Virus record (IMG/VR): IMGVR_UViG_3300020455_000616
DNA from: a virus
Length of the DNA stretch: 64,000 nt
Direction: 5' to 3' (one strand)
Positions within the stretch are counted from its first letter, which is position 1. Each line of letters begins with the position of its first letter. Both the position numbers and the translations under genes were made by a program. The notes beneath the pieces are model-generated. The model was not told the origin of the DNA. It saw nothing but the letters and a program-made list of their open reading frames with translations, and made no database searches. Positions 28,407-35,472 of the stretch are shown piece by piece.

Positions 28407-29194
28407 TCACCCTCATCGGTATGCTCTTCACTATATTTTCCTGACATTGCACCCATTCCATGATGGTTTGGTGTTTTTGGATCATCAAATAATATCTGGT
28501 TTAGATAAGTATCTGCCCATTGTTCATTAAAACATTTTGAAAGAATTCCACGGGTCTTATCATTCCTCCTTTGTTGTTTACAGTACCAAAGTTGACCATC
28601 AAATCTCTTCATTACAGGAACCCAATTTGCATCATCTGCTTCCTTTGAGTTTTCCATTACCTCATGGCAGAATATATCAAGATAATCTTGTACCAGAGAT
28701 ACAAAACTATCTTCCTCTGTTTTATTTTTAAGACGAACAAATTTACAATATGGTGAGAATATTTCATCACCCCAAACAGGTAATGCTCTTACTTCTTTAA
28801 AAGTATACTTACCACTTAGTTTACTTAGTTTACTTGTGATTGTATCAGACAATCCAGTAACAGGTGATATATCAACAATAGCAGCCCCAACTCCTGCAGG
28901 AGTAGCGACGATATCAGCACCAAAGATTGGTAAATCATATTTGGGATTTGGAAAAAATACTGAATGTAAAATATCTAAATTACCCAATTTAGCAGTTTCT
29001 ATATGAATCTTACGTAAACCAGGACATTTAAAAAATTCGTTATGGATTACTAAGTTTTCATCATCAAAAACTGCATTAACTGTTCCATGCTTATCATGAA
29101 GATGATCAGTTAGTGGTTTTATTTTTGGTAATGCACTAACTGAAACACGTAAATTACTAGCAAGGGTTTGTACTAAAGGATGAAATTTACTCAT
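28397..29194 (-). CDS. pcyA: phycocyanobilin:ferredoxin oxidoreductase
   Basis: RKIHIE, LDILHSVFFP, LPIFGADIV, AAIVDISP, Q..NDKTR match PcyA including the catalytic His/Glu/Asp positions; start placed at MSKF. Confidence 0.88.
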   Translation of the reverse strand: MSKFHPLVQTLASNLRVSVSALPKIKPLTDHLHDKHGTVNAVFDDENLVIHNEFFKCPGLRKIHIETAKLGNLDILHSVFFPNPKYDLPIFGADIVATPAGVGAAIVDISPVTGLSDTITSKLSKLSGKYTFKEVRALPVWGDEIFSPYCKFVRLKNKTEEDSFVSLVQDYLDIFCHEVMENSKEADDANWVPVMKRFDGQLWYCKQQRRNDKTRGILSKCFNEQWADTYLNQILFDDPKTPNHHGMGAMSGKYSEEHTDEGECS

Positions 29195-29202
29195 AATTTG
29201 TC

Positions 29203-29796
29203 TTAACAATTTTCATTGAGTTCTTCTGCCATACCGCCACCAATGTTTGCACCTTGATTGCCACCAAACATAGCTACCCAACCTGCAGCAACCCAACCTA
29301 TGAATGGAATACCACTCACAGCAGGTGCAGCAGCAGCACCTACACTAGTTCCTACAAGTCTACCTGTTCCTTTTGCAGCACCAACTGCTTCGATACAGGC
29401 AACAGTTTTATCAGATACTTCACCACCACTACTACCTTGTGTCATAGTAGATGGATCTTGCCATGATCTCTTGTTAGAAACAGGTCCGCCCTGATTGGTC
29501 TTACCATCCATTACATACTCCTCAACAATCTGAGTTGTATTGTTTGCTAGTCCTAAGAAACCACCCTTCTTCTTGATGTCCTTAGTGATGTGCATTGTCT
29601 TGGGATCGTTAGCAGTGTAACTGATCTTATATCCTTCCTCATTTGCTGAGACAACATAAGAAGTATAGTCACCCACTGGTGGGTTTATATAAGGTACTTT
29701 ATTAGAATTCCTAGTTGCTAATAATCCTATCATACCAATATGTGATATACCAAAGACTGCTCCTAAACTAATTCCGATCCAACTTTTATAGTCCAT
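29203..29796 (-). CDS. membrane protein with glycine-zipper-like C-terminus
   Basis: N-terminal TM and G/A-rich hydrophobic C-terminus. Confidence 0.65.
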   Translation of the reverse strand: MDYKSWIGISLGAVFGISHIGMIGLLATRNSNKVPYINPPVGDYTSYVVSANEEGYKISYTANDPKTMHITKDIKKKGGFLGLANNTTQIVEEYVMDGKTNQGGPVSNKRSWQDPSTMTQGSSGGEVSDKTVACIEAVGAAKGTGRLVGTSVGAAAAPAVSGIPFIGWVAAGWVAMFGGNQGANIGGGMAEELNENC

Positions 29797-29827
29797 AAGT
29801 TTTATTGCTCCGTATTATATATAGGAC

Positions 29828-30706
29828 TTAACCTGCATTTAAGGTATCAAAATTGAGGTTTTTGTACGGATACTGCTCAATTAGTCGTCCATTATACCGA
29901 TTGAACCTCTCTCTACCTGGTAATTTCATATCAAGATCATGGTAAAAATATTGTCTACCAAATCTAGGAACCTTTGTTTTCCATCCAGTAAAGTCTAAAA
30001 CTCCACTCTCACTTGATGTAGGACACTCTTCTAACTTATCTTCTTCACCGTTCCAAGTCCAAGGAACACATGAATCAACAGTTAATAGAATTGCTTTACT
30101 TTTAAAAGCAGTCATTCTTAAAAATCCATCAGCGTAAGCATCAAATGCATCCCAACGCTTATCATGCTTAGAGAATTTTATTCCATTAGTTGCATGAAAA
30201 ATAAGTTCTATACTAAACTCTACAAGATGCCTTTCACAAAAACCTAAACCAATCTCATCTGCTGAACCCCACATATCATTACAAATCATCCCAACAGATT
30301 TATATTTACCATCTAAATTAAAATATTCTAATCCTTTACTCCAGACCTTACCTACACATCTATCTTGAGGAATACAATAAGTCTTATGAGTTACTGCAGA
30401 TAGACCTCCTTCCTTATTATAATGTCTTATCTCATTTCTATTAATATATCCTTTCTCTTCCTTCTCTTTTATAATAGTTCCTAGATGTAGACTTAAACCT
30501 CTAGCATGTAACTCTACTTCTTTTAATGCATCAACTAATTCTTGTTCTCTTCCATTTATATTTTGATACCCAGAAAGCGATCCTTCTGGGGTAAGAAGAT
30601 GGTCAACACCATTCTCTTTTGCCCAGTCAATCGCTTTAAAAAGTTCTATTTTGTTTAATTGTATATTAGATGCTACAGGTATCTGAGCACCAGCAAGTCT
30701 AAGCAC
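29828..30706 (-). CDS. carbon-nitrogen hydrolase (nitrilase superfamily)
   Basis: Glu-Lys-Cys triad contexts: LLTPEGSLSGY, HKTY, MICNDMW. Confidence 0.8.
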   Translation of the reverse strand: MLRLAGAQIPVASNIQLNKIELFKAIDWAKENGVDHLLTPEGSLSGYQNINGREQELVDALKEVELHARGLSLHLGTIIKEKEEKGYINRNEIRHYNKEGGLSAVTHKTYCIPQDRCVGKVWSKGLEYFNLDGKYKSVGMICNDMWGSADEIGLGFCERHLVEFSIELIFHATNGIKFSKHDKRWDAFDAYADGFLRMTAFKSKAILLTVDSCVPWTWNGEEDKLEECPTSSESGVLDFTGWKTKVPRFGRQYFYHDLDMKLPGRERFNRYNGRLIEQYPYKNLNFDTLNAG

Positions 30707-30715
30707 TCGTATTTT

Positions 30716-30874
30716 TTATTCAGATATAATCTGATTATACCACTCTTCGCTCATTCCGACAATGATGTTATCAGCATCACTTTCAGTTTTTGCGTATTGC
30801 TCGGAGATTAAATGCTCAACCACCCTTTTGTAATCTTTGGCGATCTGATGAGCTTGTTTTGGTGATGGTTTCAT
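30716..30874 (-). CDS. small hypothetical protein, 52 aa (not in ORF track)
   Basis: MKPSPKQAHQIAKDYKRVVEHLISEQYAKTESDADNIIVGMSEEWYNQIISE; preceded by GATAAATA at 30900-30893. Confidence 0.6.
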   Translation of the reverse strand: MKPSPKQAHQIAKDYKRVVEHLISEQYAKTESDADNIIVGMSEEWYNQIISE

Positions 30875-30895
30875 CGTTTCAATCGTTTTGACTAT

Positions 30896-31333
30896 TTATC
30901 TTTGAGTAAAGTCAATACCTTCCATATGGTCATACTCATGTAAAAATATCCTAGCAATGAATCCTTCTAATCTTATCTTATGTAATTTCTTGCCTTCATC
31001 CTCATACTTAACAATAATAGACTCTGGTCTATCAACATCTAAAAATATATCAGGATAGGATAAACATCCTTCTTCTAATTTTACTCGCTTCTTAGATTCT
31101 TTTAATACCTTTGGATTAAAACAGGTAATAGTATCTAGAGACTCCATATCAGAGATCATTACAAATGCTCTTTCCTTTATACCTATTTGGTTTGCTGATA
31201 GTCCCACCCCATTATAGTGGAACATATTTTCATGCAACTGATACGACAACTTAGATCTATCTAAGTTATAACTACACTTATCTATTTTTGTGTGTAAGAG
31301 CGGATCGTCTGATGGTAGTAGATTTTGAATCAT
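30896..31333 (-). CDS. def: peptide deformylase
   Basis: GVGLSANQ, EGCLS, HEYDH motifs. Confidence 0.93.
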   Translation of the reverse strand: MIQNLLPSDDPLLHTKIDKCSYNLDRSKLSYQLHENMFHYNGVGLSANQIGIKERAFVMISDMESLDTITCFNPKVLKESKKRVKLEEGCLSYPDIFLDVDRPESIIVKYEDEGKKLHKIRLEGFIARIFLHEYDHMEGIDFTQR

Positions 31334-31430
31334 ATTCTATTAATGTTCTGAGGTACATAACCTCTTGCTTTAGGTCTTCATTCTCTTGTTCTAGTTCTTC
31401 AATGTGATCTAGGTAGATAATGACACTCAT
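31278..31430 (-). CDS. small coiled-coil hypothetical protein, 50 aa (not in ORF track)
   Basis: MSVIIYLDHIEELEQENEDLKQEVMYLRTLIEY...; GAGG SD. Confidence 0.55.
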   Translation of the reverse strand: MSVIIYLDHIEELEQENEDLKQEVMYLRTLIEYDSKSTTIRRSALTHKNR

Positions 31431-31574
31431 GCAAATTCCTCAAGTTGAATAATTATTTACTGATTTAACATTTGCTTAATGTGTAAATTGTAAAGATGGG
31501 TTCTTCGCCCCTGGTATAGAACCCATCAAAGATTACTCCAGAGCAGTCATAGGTAGCGATGCCTTGACCTGTAT
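31431..31574 (-). ncRNA. candidate structured leader or small RNA
   Basis: 10-bp perfect stem GATGGGTTCT/AGAACCCATC plus an upstream hairpin, downstream of a putative promoter; no sizeable ORF. Confidence 0.35.
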
Positions 31575-31603
31575 ATTATGACATAAAAAAAGAGACCCGT
31601 AAA
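31575..31603 (-). promoter_or_regulatory. putative sigma70 promoter TTTACG-17bp-CATAAT embedded in the gp23 terminator
   Basis: Correct spacing, extended -10 TG. Confidence 0.45.
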
Positions 31604-31612
31604 GGGTCTCTC
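31585..31612 (-). terminator. intrinsic terminator after gp23
   Basis: AGAGACCC-tttac-GGGTCTCT stem followed by a T-run. Confidence 0.85.
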
Positions 31613-31633
31613 TTAAGATATGTAATATCTGAA

Positions 31634-33040
31634 TTACATGAGGTTCTTAATTTGAACACGTCTGTAGTAGCGGTTCTGGTTAACCTTAAGTCTTCCAAGA
31701 CCTTGATCTGTACCTTCAGCGAATGGGTTTGCAACAAGACCATATCTTGTCTTAAATCCAATTTTTGGTTGGAAGGTGTTCTCTCCCACAGCACGAACCA
31801 TCTGTAGAGGCACGTAAGGGCAATAGAACAGTCCAGCATCATAAGGAGAAGATCCTTTGTATCCAACAACGTAGTACTGGTTAGCAGCAACGTTTGCTGA
31901 ATATGGGTCGATGTAAACTCTATACTTACCGAGTAGAACACCAGCAAATGTATTGCCTGTGTCATCAACGTTAAGGTTAGCGTTAAGAGCAGGTGTATAG
32001 TCTAGTACTCCAGCCATTGACAATGCAGAAGCAACGTCGGCAGAACACATAACCACATTACCCTTTCCACGACGAGTTCTTTGTGCGATTGCGTTAGCAT
32101 CACGCTCGATCTGGAATAAGAGACCTTTAAACTTCTCAACGGACCAACGACCATTACTGTCGATGTCTAAGTCAAAGACACCTGAAGTAGCAGTGTTAGC
32201 AGCAGCACCTTGTTCAGCAACCTTGTAGATAGTTCTGATAACTTCTCTGTTAATCTCAGCAAGTATCTCAGTACTAAGGATGTTAGCAAGTTCTGCTTCA
32301 GCGTTTAATCCGTGGATCGCCTTGAGGTCTTGAGCCAATTCTAAACTGTACTCTGCCTTTAGGGCTCTTGACTTGGCTTCAACGAGAACTTTCTCGATGC
32401 TGAATGCCATTTCATTGAACTGGTCGCCAGCTCCTGATCCAAGGTTCTCACTGTCTCCAGTCTTCATACCCTGACCTACATTGTAGCCAGTAGAAGATGC
32501 AGAACCAACAGGGTTAAGAAGTCCTGGGTTGCTACCTGCTTGTGAAGTAGTACCCATTCCAGCAACGCCGTCAGAGAATCCACCAGTCTCATCAAGACCA
32601 TCGTCTTGTCCAGAGAATGCTGTATCTGCTTCGTTGTAGAATGCTTCTGTTCCGCTTTGGTTAGTGTAGCGTGAACGCATTGCGAAGATAAGTCCAGTAG
32701 GACCACTCATTGGTTGTACGCCAGCAAGATCATATGCCACCAAGTTAGGCATTGCACGACGTATTAGACTGATTAGAACAGGGTCGAAACCAGCAACAGG
32801 ACCTGCTGCAGCGGCATCGGCTCCGAATCCACCACCAGCACCTGCAGCGTTAGCAGCGTTGGTTGGTACAGCTTCGGTCAACATTCCGTTTGAGAATGCT
32901 GATTGCTCTCTTAAAAATTTCTCTTGGTTTTCTAGCAAGACTGCGGTAACAGCTCTCTTATGAGAGTCTTCGATTTTCTCTAGACCGTCATAGTCGAGTA
33001 CTGGACCCCACTTTTCCTGCAGTGCTTCTGATTGAAACAT
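31634..33040 (-). CDS. gp23: major capsid protein
   Basis: FDPVLISLIRRAMP, QPMSGPTGLIFAMRSRY, FYCPYVPLQM, KTRYG; predicted gp21 site LTE/A at residue 56. Confidence 0.98.
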   Translation of the reverse strand: MFQSEALQEKWGPVLDYDGLEKIEDSHKRAVTAVLLENQEKFLREQSAFSNGMLTEAVPTNAANAAGAGGGFGADAAAAGPVAGFDPVLISLIRRAMPNLVAYDLAGVQPMSGPTGLIFAMRSRYTNQSGTEAFYNEADTAFSGQDDGLDETGGFSDGVAGMGTTSQAGSNPGLLNPVGSASSTGYNVGQGMKTGDSENLGSGAGDQFNEMAFSIEKVLVEAKSRALKAEYSLELAQDLKAIHGLNAEAELANILSTEILAEINREVIRTIYKVAEQGAAANTATSGVFDLDIDSNGRWSVEKFKGLLFQIERDANAIAQRTRRGKGNVVMCSADVASALSMAGVLDYTPALNANLNVDDTGNTFAGVLLGKYRVYIDPYSANVAANQYYVVGYKGSSPYDAGLFYCPYVPLQMVRAVGENTFQPKIGFKTRYGLVANPFAEGTDQGLGRLKVNQNRYYRRVQIKNLM

Positions 33041-33089
33041 TTGCTTGTTTACCTAAATGTGTTTTTTGTTTGAATTAATAATATTAAAT

Positions 33090-34319
33090 TCACTTCTTAG
33101 CTAATCCTGAAAGTGTCTTTAGATAGGCATTCATTGACTGTGAGCTATACTCATCAGCAACATCTACGCCCTCAGAAAGGGTTTCAGTTTTTGCCTGTGG
33201 AGAATTTCCTTTAGAAGGATAATAAGATTCCTTCAATGTCTCCAACTTCTCACGATATTCTGCGTCACTTTCAAACTCAACACTCTCTGCCAAGGAAGCA
33301 AGCTTCTCTTTTTGTGAAAGTGCCAAACCTTCAGACACTTCGGAGAATATCTCTTGAGCAACAGACTCAGCGAGTCTCTTATTCAATGTGATGTTCTTCT
33401 CGATCTGTTCGTTGAGTTTGGTTTCCATATCATCAAGTTTTTCTACCATATTCTCAAGGACATCATATTTATCTTCAGGGATTTGTACATAATGATCTTC
33501 AAAAAGCTTTTTCATGCCGCTTAAGAATGATTCAGTCATCTCTGCTTTAAGACCAGACTCGACTGCTAATTGGTTCTCTTGAACCCATTCATCAGCAACA
33601 TACTCAAGATAGGAATCAATTCGTTCTGTGATAGAACCACGAATTGCATCTACCTCTTCTACTAGTTTAGACTCGTAAGTCTCCTCGAAATTCTTTGTCA
33701 TCGCTTCTTTAACTTCAGATACTTTAGATCTGAGAGCGGCTTCAAAGATTGTACGAGCTTTAGATTGGAACTCTTCACTGAGTTCTTCTCCATCTAGAAG
33801 TGCAGCAACGTCTTCTTCAACGTCGATTAACTCTTCTTCTTCTGCTTCTGCTTCAGCAACTACTTCAGCAGATTCTTCTGCATCAGTTGCTTCTTCTTCA
33901 GCAACGACTTCTTCAGTCTCGGTTGACTCTTCTTCAGCAACAACTTCGTCTGTTGTTACTTCGTCTTCTGCGACAACTTCCTGATCGGCTTCGAGTTTCA
34001 CTTCTTCTTCCTCTGGAACATTGTTCAACTTTTTACCAACGCCAACATCAGCAGGTGATGATCCGTCTTTTTTACCTTTACGGTTAGTAACTACGTCCTT
34101 AACTTGCTTAAGTGTAGAACCAGGTGTTTTCAGCGCAGCTGAATTGTCATCAGGTTTGTAGTTAGTAGGTGAAGGACCGCCTAGGTCTTCCCATGACTGA
34201 GGTGTTCCCCCAGTGGTGAGCTTAGGCATTGGATCGCCAGCACTTGCGCCAGAATTGACCGCTGTCGAGGATTGCTTCGTGCCCGCTTCCATTTCCTGTA
34301 AGTTTTTGTCACTAGACAT
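33090..34319 (-). CDS. gp22: prohead core scaffold protein
   Basis: ELSEEFQSKARTIFEAA, YLEYVADEW, acidic coiled coil; position between gp21 and gp23. Confidence 0.92.
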   Translation of the reverse strand: MSSDKNLQEMEAGTKQSSTAVNSGASAGDPMPKLTTGGTPQSWEDLGGPSPTNYKPDDNSAALKTPGSTLKQVKDVVTNRKGKKDGSSPADVGVGKKLNNVPEEEEVKLEADQEVVAEDEVTTDEVVAEEESTETEEVVAEEEATDAEESAEVVAEAEAEEEELIDVEEDVAALLDGEELSEEFQSKARTIFEAALRSKVSEVKEAMTKNFEETYESKLVEEVDAIRGSITERIDSYLEYVADEWVQENQLAVESGLKAEMTESFLSGMKKLFEDHYVQIPEDKYDVLENMVEKLDDMETKLNEQIEKNITLNKRLAESVAQEIFSEVSEGLALSQKEKLASLAESVEFESDAEYREKLETLKESYYPSKGNSPQAKTETLSEGVDVADEYSSQSMNAYLKTLSGLAKK

Positions 34320-34360
34320 TTGAGTTTTCTCCGAGTTTCTTATGAGTAGAAATCTATATT

Positions 34361-34368
34361 TATTTATA
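34361..34368 (-). promoter_or_regulatory. late promoter TATAAATA for gp22-gp23
   Basis: Exact T4 late consensus in the intergenic gap. Confidence 0.8.
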
Positions 34369-34395
34369 CAATATTAAAATTTGTATGTATATATT

Positions 34396-35046
34396 CTATA
34401 GGGAGTTTAGGAAGTCTTGGAATAAACCAAGTTTTTGTTCTTCTAAATCTCTTGCCCTACTTGCACGTTCTATTTTAATTCGTGTTTGATTAGCGAGTCT
34501 TTCCTTTAGGAGTCCACCATCCCAAACCCACTCTTTTCCTTCCATAATACCTTGAACAAAGGCATCAGGTGCAGATGGATCAGCGACTATATCTGCAGCA
34601 GTAGCTAACATGAAGTCTTCACCGACTTCTTTATAACCCTTGGTATTATCCCTTAAAGAACCGATACCTCTAGAAGATACTCCTAAAGTTACCCCATCCT
34701 TCAATAGTGATTCTGCAATCTTACCCATAGGTGTAGATAAGATCTGAGCTTTACCAACGAAGTTTTTACCTTCTTGCCTAAGATCAGTGATCTTGTGTGA
34801 TACTCTGTCGAGGTTTACGGTAGGTCCATCTGGGTGACCTAATTCACCAAGAGCACGTCCTTTTTGAACGTAGTCCTTGTTATACCTGTTGACTTCCTTT
34901 TCCATTATGTTAAATGGATATAACCGACCATTGCGGTTTACCATTTCACTTTGAAGGAATACACCTTTTATAAAAAGATTCTTCTTACCACCAACCGTTT
35001 CAGTGATAATTTCAACAGATTCAATTTCTTCTCTTATGAGTTTCAT
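34396..35046 (-). CDS. gp21: prohead protease
   Basis: NRNGRLYP, GELGHP, GVSSRG, ADPSAPDA. Confidence 0.96.
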   Translation of the reverse strand: MKLIREEIESVEIITETVGGKKNLFIKGVFLQSEMVNRNGRLYPFNIMEKEVNRYNKDYVQKGRALGELGHPDGPTVNLDRVSHKITDLRQEGKNFVGKAQILSTPMGKIAESLLKDGVTLGVSSRGIGSLRDNTKGYKEVGEDFMLATAADIVADPSAPDAFVQGIMEGKEWVWDGGLLKERLANQTRIKIERASRARDLEEQKLGLFQDFLNSL

Positions 35047-35064
35047 CGGATCAATTAATCGCTT

Positions 35065-35079
35065 TATTTATTATTTATT
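35065..35079 (-). promoter_or_regulatory. tandem late-promoter-like AATAAATA x2
   Basis: Two overlapping copies upstream of gp21. Confidence 0.55.
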
Positions 35080-35082
35080 GAT

Positions 35083-35274
35083 TTACTCTTCGCCAACCAC
35101 ATCAGCGGACTCTGATCCACCACTATTTACGAACGTAGTATTGATATCAGGTCTAAGATTTTCAATCTTTTCTGAAGATTTTGTGTAAAGGATGTCTTTG
35201 ATTTTATCAGTCACTTCTGCTGGTGACGCATCATTTACAACCATATCCAATAGTTCATCCATTGTCTTTAACAT
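35083..35274 (-). CDS. small hypothetical protein of the head module
   Basis: MDELLDMVVNDASPAEVTDKIKDILY...; sits upstream of gp21. Confidence 0.7.
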   Translation of the reverse strand: MLKTMDELLDMVVNDASPAEVTDKIKDILYTKSSEKIENLRPDINTTFVNSGGSESADVVGEE

Positions 35275-35287
35275 TAATTTACCTATC

Positions 35288-35302
35288 TATTTAGTCTAAA
35301 TA
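35288..35302. promoter_or_regulatory. palindromic back-to-back late-promoter-like site TATTTAG-T-CTAAATA
   Basis: Perfect 7-bp inverted repeat giving CTAAATA on both strands at the strand switch; plus-strand TGaTATAAT at 35310-35318. Confidence 0.55.
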
Positions 35303-35316
35303 TATCATGTGATATA

Positions 35317-35472
35317 ATGAATACGAACATGGGAAGCAAGAAACCTGATAAAATGTCTAAAATTGATACAGATTATCCTGGACCGTTTAACACACGTTCA
35401 GACAATGATGATGCAATAGCACATCTTGTCAATGATGGTAGATTCTACATTGAAGAAACAGAAGACGATTAA
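35317..35472 (+). CDS. 51-aa peptide, candidate precursor/partner of the radical SAM enzymes (not in ORF track)
   Basis: MNTNMGSKKPDKMSKIDTDYPGPFNTRSDNDDAIAHLVNDGRFYIEETEDD; stop overlaps next ATG (TAATG); alternative in-frame starts at 35329 and 35353. Confidence 0.6.
   Translation: MNTNMGSKKPDKMSKIDTDYPGPFNTRSDNDDAIAHLVNDGRFYIEETEDD

Noticed and set aside
31564-31569. Plus-strand TTGACC as an antisense promoter to gp23
   Set aside because: No -10 element at 16-18 bp spacing
31431-31574. Possible tRNA gene or glutamine/SAM-V riboswitch
   Set aside because: No cloverleaf, T-loop or CCA; I could not match the consensus of those riboswitches; kept only as an unassigned structured RNA
31576-31968. 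130-aa ORF overlapping the gp23 end and terminator
   Set aside because: Alternative frame of gp23 running through a terminator; no supporting signals
33780-34020. Repetitive TTC/TCT-rich DNA
   Set aside because: Simply encodes the Glu/Ala/Val-rich linker of scaffold gp22; no regular repeat-spacer pattern, not CRISPR
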